64,000 nt of DNA from an uncultured Candidatus Saccharibacteria bacterium (GTDB lineage: Bacteria; Patescibacteriota; Minisyncoccia; UBA6257; 2-01-FULL-56-20). The DNA lies in NCBI GenBank assembly GCA_964360585.1, contig CAYHXC010000007.1, positions 3,867 through 67,866 on the forward strand, read 5' to 3'. The stretch's first letter is position 1. Every line of letters begins with the position of its first letter. The notes below the pieces were generated by a model, which was not told the origin of the DNA, did not search any database, and was given only the letters and a program-made list of their open reading frames with translations. This document shows positions 49,458-59,160 of the stretch, piece after piece. The translations under genes were made by a program, and so were the position numbers.

Positions 49458-50366
49458 ATGGTTTTTGAAAAAATAATCCAAGATCTCCCAGGAAAACCTT
49501 CCTGGGATCGCCGCACGATTCGGGATGTAAATCCCGTGAGTCGTCGTCGCAAGAAACGCCAAATTTCAGCTCCAAACCCAGCAATGCGCTTGGTCCATGA
49601 ACGACTGGTGGCGTATCTCCGGAGCACGATTTCGTACTCGCGCACGTACGCCACGGGATCTCAACCTGGCAACAGCAGTCTCGGCAACGTGAAGCGTCAC
49701 CAGAAAAACAGATGGTTCTATCTGGTCGATCTCAAGGACGCTTACCCGAGCGTTGATGGTCGGAAATTAGCATCAGTGTTAGTTTCCCTCAATCGAAAAC
49801 TACACGGACACGAAAGTGAAATCCTTGAATTCCTCCGGACATACTGCTTAACCGACCAAGAAGGCCTTTGGCCCACTGGACTGGTGGTAGGTGGACCGGC
49901 TTCCAATGATCTTTTTGAGATCTACGCCGGAAAACTTCTTGATGAACCGTTGGGCGAGTTGAGTCGGGCGTGGGGTGTAACCTACACACGGTACATCGAC
50001 GATCTAACTTTTTCGTCGCCACGCATGCCCATCGGCAAACGCAAACGAAAAGCAATTCGAGCGGTGATCGAGAAGGCGACACTCGTGATCAACCACCCGA
50101 AAAGTGGAGTTTACGATCTTCGTAAGGGTCCCGTGGTAATTACAGGAATCGGCCTCAAGCTGGGTGGTGATACTTTCCTCCCACGGTTCTTTTTGCGTCG
50201 CGTTCGAGGTTTTCTTCATCAAGTTGGCCGTAATCCAGAAATTTCCCGCGCTCAGGCGTCTGGACTAATGGGTTGTTTCTATGCGGCGAAACCCAGCAAC
50301 ATCTACACCCTTCCCTATAACCAGACGGAACGAACCCTCTTGGAAATGTTCGAATCACTATCTTGA
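49458..50366 (+). CDS. retron-type reverse transcriptase
   Basis: RT motifs: FYLVDLKDAYPSV (A), GLVVGGPASNDLFEIY (B), YTRYIDDLTFS (C, YxDD; compare Ec86 YTRYADDLTLS), LVINHPKS...RKGPVVITGIGLK (retron VTG-type motif); 302 aa. Confidence 0.85.
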   Translation: MVFEKIIQDLPGKPSWDRRTIRDVNPVSRRRKKRQISAPNPAMRLVHERLVAYLRSTISYSRTYATGSQPGNSSLGNVKRHQKNRWFYLVDLKDAYPSVDGRKLASVLVSLNRKLHGHESEILEFLRTYCLTDQEGLWPTGLVVGGPASNDLFEIYAGKLLDEPLGELSRAWGVTYTRYIDDLTFSSPRMPIGKRKRKAIRAVIEKATLVINHPKSGVYDLRKGPVVITGIGLKLGGDTFLPRFFLRRVRGFLHQVGRNPEISRAQASGLMGCFYAAKPSNIYTLPYNQTERTLLEMFESLS

Positions 50367-50367
50367 A

Positions 50368-50405
50368 ACCCAGCCCACGAGTTAATCTCGCTGGGCTTTT
50401 TTATT
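50368..50405. terminator. rho-independent terminator (bidirectional) between the reverse-transcriptase gene and glyQS
   Basis: AGCCCACGAG..CTCGCTGGGCT stem followed by TTTTTT. Confidence 0.6.
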
Positions 50406-50441
50406 ATCTTTAGAATCGTAAATAGAGGCTTTTACGATCCC

Positions 50442-51750
50442 TTACCCTATTTTTTCGCGGAGGAAGTTTTTGAGCTCACTCATGGCGATCCGCTCCTGTG
50501 CTCCAGTGTCGCGGAAACGAACAGTTACGTCGTTTTTTTCAAGCGAATCGAAATCTACAGTGATGCAAAACGGTGTCCCAATCTCGTCTTGGGCATAGTA
50601 CCGCTTTCCAATGTTTCCCCGGTCATCCCAAGCCACCATAAACTCTTTTCGCAAATCATCGTAAATCGCGCGGGCTTTCTCTGTCAGTTCTGGCTTATTG
50701 GCGAGAAGGGGAAAGATAGCGGCCTTATACGGAGCAATTCGTGGCGGCAGTTTTAGGAAAACTCGCTCCCCTTCTTCGATATAGCTCGAAAGCAAAACAG
50801 CCAAGATCGTGCGGTCGACGCCCCAGGTTGGCTCGATGACGTGGGGCAAAAACTCCTCATTTGTTTCTGGATCGCGGTATTTCAGATTCTCGCCGGAAGC
50901 CTGCTCGTGATTCTTGAGATCAAAATCACCGCGATATGCCAGACCGTAGAGCTCTTTCTGGCCAAAGGGATAGTCGAACTCAAAGTCTACCGTTCGCTTC
51001 GAGTAGTGGGCTCGATCGCCGTCAGGAATTTCGACATCATGCACTTTCGATTCATCAATGCCCACCGCGCGCATCCACTCGTGCATTAATTCCTGCCAAA
51101 CCTCGAAATGTTCCTGCCACTCCCCTTCTCGCACAAAATACTCGATTTCCATTTGCTCGAACTCACGAGTGCGGAAAATAAAATTCCCGGGTGTGATCTC
51201 ATTCCGAAAAGCTTTTCCGATTTGGGCTACACCAAACGGAAGTCGCTTTCGGGTCGTCTCTCGAATATTTTTAAACTGCACAAACATGGCCTGGGCCGTT
51301 TCTGGACGAAGATACACGATATTTGCCTCCTCCTCGGCTGGACCAAGAAAGGTCTTGAGCATCATGTTAAACTGCTGGGCCTTGGTGAACTGATCTTTTG
51401 CTCCGCAGTTCTCACAGGGTTCGTCTACGCTGATCTGATCGGCGCGGAATCGGGTGTGACATTTTTTGCATTCGATAAGCGGATCAGAAAACTCCTTCAA
51501 GTGTCCGCTCGCTTCCCAGACTTTCGGATTCATAATAAGTGCGGCATCCAATCCAACCATATCGTCCCGTTCTTGAACAAACATCTTCCACCACAGATTC
51601 TTGATATTGTTTTTTAACTGCGCGCCCAGCGGGCCGTAGTCCCAACTATTCGCCAGTCCGCCATAAATTTCCGAGCCAGGAAAAATAAAGCCGCGCCGTT
51701 TCGCGAGGCTCACGATTTTTTCCATCAAGTTTTGTTCGTTTTCGGCCATG
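50442..51750 (-). CDS. glyQS: glycyl-tRNA synthetase (dimeric class II)
   Basis: MAENEQNLMEKIVSLAKRRGFIFPGSEIYGG N-terminus; class II motifs; start set at the Met before MAENEQ rather than the longer ORF-track start. Confidence 0.85.
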
Positions 51751-51915
51751 GTTAGAGTATATTGAGAAACCCTCTTCCGTTGCAACATGTCGAGATTTTT
51801 GAGCGAAAAGCGTTCGGCCCGAAGAAGGAATACCCAGAGGTATTTCGAGGAGAGACGGAGGCTTTGCAGCCGAAAATATCGGCATGCTTGTAGAATACGG
51901 AGTTTCTCAACATGC

Positions 51916-53709
51916 TCAAGGCTGAACTGTGCGATCAACATTACCGAGACTTTGATCGTCTGGCAAGCTCGAAAGAATCGCTCCGGCGGTTACCGAATAG
52001 GCTCGGCCAATAAAATCATCATTGGCCCGAAGGATGGTTGGGCGAAGAAGGGTCATATCGTGGTCGACATAGGCGCTGGACGGTGTGGATTCAATTTGAA
52101 AAACTGCCTCGATCGGCGCGCCTAAAACACCCTGGTTGGCGGCAAGTTTATCAATCTTCCAGGAGATTTGGCCGCTGGCCGAGTTATAGATCGGCGTGCT
52201 CGAGATGTTGGCTGTCGGTTTTCCGATTAACTGGCTGTAAGGCTCGAGGAAGGAAGATATTTCTATCCGACTCACGTCGGCGGCGTAGTTCTGGAGGGTC
52301 CAACGAATGGTGTACCGGCTCGACGCATTCACCTTCGGCGGATAGGGACCGCCCTCGTGGTATCCCCTGGCTCGCAAGCCAATCTCGCCGGCCACCTTTG
52401 TTTCTGATTTTGTCTGCACAAATGTCTTCTGGCGCGAAACGCTGGGAATTGGCGTCGGCGACTCGGCTGAGCCATTTACTTTGAGAACATAATTTTTATC
52501 ACTCTGACGCGCGATCGGAAAACTATTTTTTACAAAAATACTAAAACCAATCGTCTGCGACTCCCCCGGCGGCAAACGAAGCAAACTGGGAATAGTGCCC
52601 GAGTTCCAGGTCACGGTGTTATTGATCGCATTTAAAACTCCGGAAGTCTGGAGCGTGCTCATATTAAAAAGTTCGCCGAGCAAGGTGGCTTTTAAAACGA
52701 CATTCTCAAGCGGTACCTCGGTGTTGTTCTTAATGCTCACCAGATAATCAATCTTCTCTCCCAGGCGAGCCGCGTCATTATTACTCGGCCGAATAGTGAG
52801 CGAGAGCGGCGGCGCGGCAATACTCAAGCTGGCAGATTTAGTCGTCAGAATATATTCACTTGCCCCTTCCCGCCGCGTTAAACGCGCCACCAGATTTACA
52901 AAATCACTTTCCTGACCAATCAGATTTCCGGTTATGGTCACTGTGCGAACCTCCCCGCTCTCCAGGACGCCAATCGGCCAACTCGAAGTGGCCGTCGTCG
53001 ATGACTCGCTTGTTCCGCTCAGTATAAAATTCTTGGGAAAGGCGAGGGAAAGAGTAAGATTACCGATCATTTCGCTCGTCCGGTTGTTAATCGTGATTTT
53101 TGTTTCAAAATTACCGCCGCTTAAAATAGTTTCCGGCGTCGAAAGATCAAGCGTGACGGCAGGCTGGCCGATCAAAACATCGGTTGTTTCGTTTCGTTCA
53201 AACTGGGCGCTCGAACCGCTTTGAACGTAGGTGAACTTCGCTTGAATCCGACCCACCTTCTCCGTTCCTGATGCGGCCACAATCTGCACTTCACTACTCG
53301 CAAATGACAACCGGTCGATCGTGCCAATCGATTCCTCATACACGCGCGCGCTTGGCTTTCGTTCCGTAAAGGCCATCTCCGGCGGCAAATAGATAGAGAG
53401 CGTACCGTTTTTGAGAACCTCGGTATTCGTATTTTCAATTTTCACCTTCAGAGAAAACGGCTGTCCCACGGGAACTTCGCTCGGTGCCATCAGCACCACG
53501 GACGCGCTTTGCGCCGGTTCGCTAATCAACTGCATCAAAAGAAATATACCGAGACCGATCACGAGAATGGCGCCGAGACCGATGCCGATAGGCAAAAGCG
53601 GCAAAGACACGTGTGTTTTTTTCATGACGCCGAAGTTTGGCGCAAGTTCCGGTTTTTTTGGCGCGCGTTCATCCTCCTTCCAAGGAGATTTAAAAAAAGG
53701 TTCTGGCAT
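51916..53709 (-). CDS. hypothetical large membrane-anchored protein with repeated beta-sandwich (DUF11/CARDB-like) segments
   Basis: basic N-terminus, single transmembrane helix, repetitive Thr/Ser-rich extracellular region. Confidence 0.45.
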   Translation of the reverse strand: MPEPFFKSPWKEDERAPKKPELAPNFGVMKKTHVSLPLLPIGIGLGAILVIGLGIFLLMQLISEPAQSASVVLMAPSEVPVGQPFSLKVKIENTNTEVLKNGTLSIYLPPEMAFTERKPSARVYEESIGTIDRLSFASSEVQIVAASGTEKVGRIQAKFTYVQSGSSAQFERNETTDVLIGQPAVTLDLSTPETILSGGNFETKITINNRTSEMIGNLTLSLAFPKNFILSGTSESSTTATSSWPIGVLESGEVRTVTITGNLIGQESDFVNLVARLTRREGASEYILTTKSASLSIAAPPLSLTIRPSNNDAARLGEKIDYLVSIKNNTEVPLENVVLKATLLGELFNMSTLQTSGVLNAINNTVTWNSGTIPSLLRLPPGESQTIGFSIFVKNSFPIARQSDKNYVLKVNGSAESPTPIPSVSRQKTFVQTKSETKVAGEIGLRARGYHEGGPYPPKVNASSRYTIRWTLQNYAADVSRIEISSFLEPYSQLIGKPTANISSTPIYNSASGQISWKIDKLAANQGVLGAPIEAVFQIESTPSSAYVDHDMTLLRPTILRANDDFIGRAYSVTAGAILSSLPDDQSLGNVDRTVQP

Positions 53710-54204
53710 TTATTCCACAACAATCATTGTATCCTTTTCCTTTCCGAAGGCATAGCATCGATCGCAGAAAAAATGTTGATTCATGAGATCAAAATATCGC
53801 GGCAAAGCCGCCTCGCAACTATCACAACGCGCTTCTTCTGGATCCCAACCGAGAAGACGGAGAATGATTCGCCAGGATGGCTCGTTCGCCACCACTCGCC
53901 AGAGTTCGGGATCGGCTTCATGGTCGGAAAGAAGACGGGCGAGATGGGAAAAATTGACGAGCTCCCACACAACCTTTCGCTCTTTCAAGGCATCGACGAT
54001 CGAAAGATCATTTTTTTCGATCAACCGAATGGTAGTGATGTTTCCCGGCTCGAGATGCGGTGAAAGTTTTGAGAGAATTTTTCGAGAGCTGACGGTGCGA
54101 GCCGCCATCTTGCCGACCTGACGGCTGAAAAAAGTAATCCGCTCATCCCATTCGCCGCGCGGTTCCCGTTTTAAAATAACTGCTGACGTAATGAATTCGC
54201 GCAT
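53710..54204 (-). CDS. recO: DNA repair protein RecO-like (short form)
   Basis: N-terminal OB-fold-like segment; C-terminal CDSC...CDRC zinc-finger pairs. Confidence 0.5.
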   Translation of the reverse strand: MREFITSAVILKREPRGEWDERITFFSRQVGKMAARTVSSRKILSKLSPHLEPGNITTIRLIEKNDLSIVDALKERKVVWELVNFSHLARLLSDHEADPELWRVVANEPSWRIILRLLGWDPEEARCDSCEAALPRYFDLMNQHFFCDRCYAFGKEKDTMIVVE

Positions 54205-55539
54205 CTATGTTTTTGCCGCCCGGATTCTTTTTAGCTCGTCGCGGACCACTTCGCGATCATCCCACAAAGAAAATGAACCGTTCGGTCCGACAATCGCCTG
54301 TTCGCATCCTTTTCCGGTTATGAGAACCAGTCCGCCCGACTCGGCCAAGGTCAAAGCTTTATGAATAGCTTCCCGCCGATCTTTAATCACAAAAAGATCC
54401 CGACCGTCTTTTTTTCCGCCTTCAAGAACGCCTACTTCAACTTGATTGATAATCTCCTCGGGATCTTCGTCGTAGGGATCTTCGTTGGTGACGATAACGT
54501 AATCGGCAAACTCGGCCGCCATTTTTCCTAAAACCGGCCGCCTGGCTTTATCGCGACCGCCGCCCGTTCCCCCTAAGACCTGGATAATTTTTTTATACTG
54601 CAGTGGCCGGAGTGTGGCATATAAATTGCCCATAGCTCCTGGTTCAAAAGCATAATCAACAACAATATCCCAGGGCTGACCTTCGTTTATATACTCTAGG
54701 CGGCCTGGCACAGGCGGCAGGTTTCGAACGGCGCCCTGGAGCGCTTCCCAGGAAATGCCGAGCGCTCGAGCAATGGTGAGGGCGGCCACGACATTTCGGA
54801 CGTTGTGTTCACCGCGGAGCGGTGATTCGAAAGCATGCCCATCGAGCGTGAACTTCATACCCCTGGGAGTAGTCTCTAGGTTTTGAGCGTGCAAGAGCGT
54901 TACGGCCGGCAGATTTTTGTCATGAAGCGTGAAGGCATACTTTTCCTCAACTGAAAAATCAAGAAAGTCATGGGCGTGTTCGTCATCAGCATTTACCACA
55001 ATCCGGCGCGGAATTTCCCGCTCGCCCAGTTTTTTCTTCTTTCCCGCCGCCAGATGGTCAAATAGTTTTAACTTGGCCTTTTTATAGTTCTCGAAACCGC
55101 CATGAGCTTCAATATGTTCGGGGTAAAGGTTGGTGCAAAGCAGGAGATCGTAATGAATCCCCCGGTGGCGAGACTGGTCGATTCCCTGCGAGGTGGTTTC
55201 GATAATCGCGTACTGACAGTTAGCCTTAACCATCCGGCGCAAAAACTGTTGGGTTTTAAAACGGCCGAGCATGGTCATCTTCCGATCGTTCATCTTCGAC
55301 CACTCGCCAATCTTGAAGGCAATGGTACTTAATGAACCAACCGCACTGCCGACTCCCTCAAGGAGACTATGAAGAATGAAAACGGTCGTGGATTTTCCCG
55401 AGGTGCCTGTAACGCCAATCACCGTCAGTTTTTCCGACGGAAAGCCGTACCACAGCGCGCCCAGCTCGGCTAAACTGCGGTGGTAGAGCGCGAGGACAAA
55501 GGGCGGCGTAATCTTCAAAATTGCGGTTTTAAGTGACAT
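54205..55539 (-). CDS. Mur ligase family protein (MurE/MurF-like)
   Basis: VIGVTGTSGKSTT P-loop; central and C-terminal Mur ligase domains. Confidence 0.65.
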   Translation of the reverse strand: MSLKTAILKITPPFVLALYHRSLAELGALWYGFPSEKLTVIGVTGTSGKSTTVFILHSLLEGVGSAVGSLSTIAFKIGEWSKMNDRKMTMLGRFKTQQFLRRMVKANCQYAIIETTSQGIDQSRHRGIHYDLLLCTNLYPEHIEAHGGFENYKKAKLKLFDHLAAGKKKKLGEREIPRRIVVNADDEHAHDFLDFSVEEKYAFTLHDKNLPAVTLLHAQNLETTPRGMKFTLDGHAFESPLRGEHNVRNVVAALTIARALGISWEALQGAVRNLPPVPGRLEYINEGQPWDIVVDYAFEPGAMGNLYATLRPLQYKKIIQVLGGTGGGRDKARRPVLGKMAAEFADYVIVTNEDPYDEDPEEIINQVEVGVLEGGKKDGRDLFVIKDRREAIHKALTLAESGGLVLITGKGCEQAIVGPNGSFSLWDDREVVRDELKRIRAAKT

Positions 55540-55823
55540 AGCGGCGATGCTACCAATAATACGCTGATGGCGGCACTTTTTCCACAGTTAACACAGATTT
55601 TTCCCCACCTTGTCCACCTTTTGCGCTTGACTTTTTAGATAGAGGTGGAAAAATAAGATTAGGTTTGAGAGCATACAAGAGTTCCGTTTGATAATCTATC
55701 CAATTCGGAACCCACACATTGTTATAGTCTGATGACTATAACTGAGGGTCCCACCTAATTGATTTTCGGAATACTCCCCGCATCTCAAACCAAATAGAAA
55801 ATATGATCCCCTCTCACCGCTGA

Positions 55824-55848
55824 AGCCCCTCTCCTCGGGGGGTTTTAG
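55824..55848 (+). terminator. orphan terminator-like hairpin (CCCC-TCTCCTC-GGGG then TTTT) with no annotated plus-strand gene upstream
   Basis: read directly; could mark the 3' end of a small RNA in the 55540-55850 gap. Confidence 0.3.
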
Positions 55849-55872
55849 CTTTCTAGGGTGTCCTTTCTTTTC

Positions 55873-56040
55873 TTAGAACCCATCTCAAAAATAGAATCAC
55901 GCAGTCTTCCGGCTAGATTCGGCTATAAACCCACCCGACCCTCCTTGAAATACCATAGGGTATTCCTGTCTCGGGTCGGATGGTTCTCGCTCGAATCTAT
56001 CACGGAATACCCCTGTGCCTATTTTTAAGATGGGTTCTAG
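55873..56040. mobile_element. MITE copy 4; its terminal CTAG supplies the stop codon of the downstream minus-strand ORF
   Basis: near-identical to copy 1; the stop (TAG, minus strand) at 56037-56039 lies inside the element. Confidence 0.8.
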
Positions 56041-56480
56041 GCAACTCTGTCGAGCTCAATCTCAAGCTTAACAACATAGGGTTCTACTATTCTCAATAAC
56101 TGCTCTCCCTCCGTAACGAGATCGGGGCTGATAGGAATGTCCTGATCTGATTTCTCTTTTTTCTTATTTAATCTTTTGATCTTCCGAGCTAAAGCGCTCC
56201 ATTTCTTTTTAACGCGGTTCTCCTCCCAGCGGTCATTAATTTTATTCTCTTCCAGAATAATACCGACAATACCAAGCAGGGCGGAAAACCAGACCATTCG
56301 GAATTTATTAAGCTCCTTTCCTTCGAAAACTTCTGGATCTTCGTAATCTTTGTCAGTGAGGGTTAATTTTCTCAATTTTTTCCACGTATGTAGCAATTTT
56401 TCTACAGAGTATTCATGAAAATATTGCTCGTCATCTTCGTAGGCTACGTCTGGAGTTGTCGGTGGTTTTTCTTTAAGCAT
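56037..56480 (-). CDS. hypothetical protein with one transmembrane segment
   Basis: ORF only; highly charged. Confidence 0.4.
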   Translation of the reverse strand: MLKEKPPTTPDVAYEDDEQYFHEYSVEKLLHTWKKLRKLTLTDKDYEDPEVFEGKELNKFRMVWFSALLGIVGIILEENKINDRWEENRVKKKWSALARKIKRLNKKKEKSDQDIPISPDLVTEGEQLLRIVEPYVVKLEIELDRVA

Positions 56481-57009
56481 TCCGAGCCGTTTTCTTTATC
56501 CCTAAAATCGTGGCGATCATGGCAAATCCAGTTAAGGACATGACCGGGATCGTGATGTAGCCATATTCGTAGACAAACCGCTCACTGCAGGATACCGCGG
56601 TCGCGTCGCATGGTAAAAGAGAGATGCCGGTATTCTCAAGATAGACGTGATCCAGGGCGACGAGCGTACCGAAAACGGTGAGCCAGATAAGATAGTCAAT
56701 GGCCGCCGTATCGCCTTTTTTATACACCGCCACGCCGGAAACAATGAGAATGCCGTACATGAATATCCGCTGCCACCAGCAGAGCGTACAGGGCGGAAAA
56801 CCAATGTAGTTCGAGTAGAATAAACTGACCAAAACTGCCCCAAGGGCGATCAGAAAGACGAGTTTTAGCCCATTTCGTTCGATATACTGAATCGTTCCGT
56901 TATGCCGGCCGCGAAAGACGAGCGAGAGGACAATTACGGCTACAATAAGCTGGCCGCCCAAGGTCATACTGGCCATAAGCTGATTGGTTATGGCGATAAT
57001 GTTTTCCAT
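56473..57009 (-). CDS. DsbB/BdbC-like disulfide bond formation protein
   Basis: four-helix membrane protein with the PPCTLCWWQR motif (compare BdbC PCxLCWYQR). Confidence 0.6.
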   Translation of the reverse strand: MENIIAITNQLMASMTLGGQLIVAVIVLSLVFRGRHNGTIQYIERNGLKLVFLIALGAVLVSLFYSNYIGFPPCTLCWWQRIFMYGILIVSGVAVYKKGDTAAIDYLIWLTVFGTLVALDHVYLENTGISLLPCDATAVSCSERFVYEYGYITIPVMSLTGFAMIATILGIKKTARNA

Positions 57010-57011
57010 GC

Positions 57012-57389
57012 TTACTTTGGCAAGACGCAGCTTGTCTTCTCGGCTAATTGACTAAGCGGAATCTCGCCCGTGAGTTCAGTGCCATCAGCGAATCGCCAGG
57101 TTGGATAGCTTTGAACCTTAGCATTATTACAAATTGCTAACTGCTCCCGATTGGGTGTGGAGCACTCGACGTAGGGCAAAAGACGAGCCGAATTTCCAAA
57201 CATCGCTTTTTGATTCTGACAGTGCGGACACCAGAATGCGCCGTAAAACTTCGCTCCGTTGTCCTTTAAGCACTGTGCGAACTGATCATACTGACCCGGG
57301 GCGTTGTTGCTATAAACTGCCCAGCCGATAATGGCCGCAAGAACGACAACGATCACGATCCAGAAGGTGAAATCACTTTTTCTTTTCAT
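57012..57389 (-). CDS. thioredoxin-fold thiol-disulfide oxidoreductase (DsbA/BdbD-like), membrane-anchored
   Basis: WCPHCQ CxxC active site after an N-terminal transmembrane anchor. Confidence 0.65.
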   Translation of the reverse strand: MKRKSDFTFWIVIVVVLAAIIGWAVYSNNAPGQYDQFAQCLKDNGAKFYGAFWCPHCQNQKAMFGNSARLLPYVECSTPNREQLAICNNAKVQSYPTWRFADGTELTGEIPLSQLAEKTSCVLPK

Positions 57390-57622
57390 GATCTAGATTA
57401 TAGCGATTTTTTCCGAGTTGTCATCTTCTCAACTGACGAGAGCTTACACGTAATAGCTTTTTGTGTTCTAAAATTCATGAACAAGTCAGGGGATAACCAG
57501 GGACTTGCGCCCTGTCTCCTTCCCCTTCTATACTAACCGCAGTCATTTGCGAGGTACCAGTTCTTTGACATCTGAAAACGAACAACACACAGTTATTTAC
57601 TAATCCAACTATTTTAACAACA

Positions 57623-58366
57623 ATGATTAAACGCTTTCTCGCCATGCTTCTCGTGGTAGGCAGTTTCGGTTTTCAGATGAGTTTCGCCCTGGCTCAAACG
57701 AACGAGGTTGATCCCCAGGTCGCCGCCCAGCTGAAGGAACAGATTATGACCCTCCAATCCACCGTAACCTCGCTTGAGGCCCAGGTGGCCGCGAAGAATG
57801 CGGCTATGACCGTGACGGTAACGACCGAACCGACCTTAAGCGAAGCGAACGCCATGGCCCTGAAGGAGTCTTTGACCGCATTGAGCGCTTTGGTGACCCA
57901 GATGCAAGCTCGGATTGGATCGGATCTCTCCGCAAGCGATCGAGCCGTTCTCGCGACTGGCCTTGGGTCTCTGGCCCAGTATCTCCAAACCATGAAGAAT
58001 GGTCTCGGATCCAGTGCTCCGATTACCGTAACCCCAAATATCGCCGTGACGCCGGCTCCGAGCGCGATTGCTCAGGCGCCAGCCGTCACTCCCGTCCGTG
58101 CCGTAACGCCGATTGCCACCACCCCGACCGTTTCCGCTCCGGCAGCTGCTGACACCAAGACCGAAGGAACCGCCGCCATGGCCGATACGGCCGCGGCAGA
58201 CACTGAAACCAGCGCCGAAACCGCTTCCGTAACCGAAGGATTTGGCCGTCAGTCATGGGGAGTAGTTATTATTCTCCTCGTGGTCGCCGGACTGGTCTAT
58301 TGGTTCATGAAGGATTCAGACGAAACACCGATTCCTGCCAATAAAGCTCTCACGCAGGTTAAGTAA
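57623..58366 (+). CDS. hypothetical Ala/Thr-rich secreted protein with C-terminal transmembrane anchor
   Basis: signal peptide, low-complexity region, C-terminal helix. Confidence 0.45.
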   Translation: MIKRFLAMLLVVGSFGFQMSFALAQTNEVDPQVAAQLKEQIMTLQSTVTSLEAQVAAKNAAMTVTVTTEPTLSEANAMALKESLTALSALVTQMQARIGSDLSASDRAVLATGLGSLAQYLQTMKNGLGSSAPITVTPNIAVTPAPSAIAQAPAVTPVRAVTPIATTPTVSAPAAADTKTEGTAAMADTAAADTETSAETASVTEGFGRQSWGVVIILLVVAGLVYWFMKDSDETPIPANKALTQVK

Positions 58367-58436
58367 GGTTCTCCGGGTAGTTGCAAAAAAATCCGCCCCA
58401 AAGGCGGATTTTTTGGTTTCAACTTTCCCAAATCAA

Positions 58437-58799
58437 CTACACTTCCACTTCTTGCCAGACCAACTCAATTGCATTGAAATACTTGCGAGTAAATTCAGCT
58501 GCTTCTTCTGCGGAGAAAGGCTTGCATGTGTAGCAATCTACGGTAAAAAGTGGAGGATTAGTTGGATAGGAATAAAAAGCCGCTCCTGACGATTTCCAGT
58601 GAATCCAGCCCCCATACCCCATATCATGAGCAGAATGAGCTTCAGGTTCTGATAAAACTTCCATATCGGCCACTTTTGCAAGTTCGCTAAGATACGATTT
58701 GATTTGCTCAGGCTCAACAATTTTTTCTGTCGTGCCCTCGATGATTACTCGTTGCCTTATTAAATTTGGTGCTAAATTTTTCCACATAAAGATATTCAT
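58437..58799 (-). CDS. speH: S-adenosylmethionine decarboxylase proenzyme (pyruvoyl type, SpeH-like)
   Basis: YSYPT....FTVDCYTC aligns with the SpeH HTWPE...DLFTCG region; start set at MNIFMWKNL (the longer ORF-track N-terminus runs through GC hairpins). Confidence 0.6.
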   Translation of the reverse strand: MNIFMWKNLAPNLIRQRVIIEGTTEKIVEPEQIKSYLSELAKVADMEVLSEPEAHSAHDMGYGGWIHWKSSGAAFYSYPTNPPLFTVDCYTCKPFSAEEAAEFTRKYFNAIELVWQEVEV

Positions 58800-58933
58800 T
58801 TCAAAACTACTGGCGGAGGAGGTGAGCCTCCTTCGTCCGCCAGTTGGCGGACTGAGGACGGCCAGGGATTCCCGCCGAAGGCGGGCAAGCGAACTCACAA
58901 TGTCCTTTCAAGCGTACCATAAATTTCTAGTCA

Positions 58934-59023
58934 TGGCGGAGGCGGGAGGATTCGAACCTCCGATACCCTTTCGGGCATACCGCATTTCGAGTGCGGCCCA
59001 TTCGACCACTCTGGCACACCTCC
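58934..59023 (-). tRNA. tRNA-Ser (anticodon CGA)
   Basis: cloverleaf read by hand: acceptor GGAGGUG/CGCCUCC, anticodon loop CUCGAAA, long variable arm, T-loop GGUUCGAAUCC, encoded CCA. Confidence 0.7.
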
Positions 59024-59039
59024 GCCATAACTAGAAAAC

Positions 59040-59160
59040 GAAAATCAACGAGCATTTTCCGCCGAAGGCGGATCCGTCCTCTGGCGGACGAGTGCGGCGC
59101 GTTAGACCACTCTGCCACCCCACCACCATAGGTGCGGCCCACCTGCCCCGTCAGCTTTAG
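59040..59160 (-). other. tRNA-like fragment: a 5' half resembling the adjacent tRNA-Ser (GGUGGGGUGGCAGAGUGGUCUAACGC...CCGCACUCG) with no recognizable T-arm
   Basis: sequence similarity to the first half of the tRNA-Ser D-arm and anticodon stem; not foldable as a complete tRNA by eye. Confidence 0.3.
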
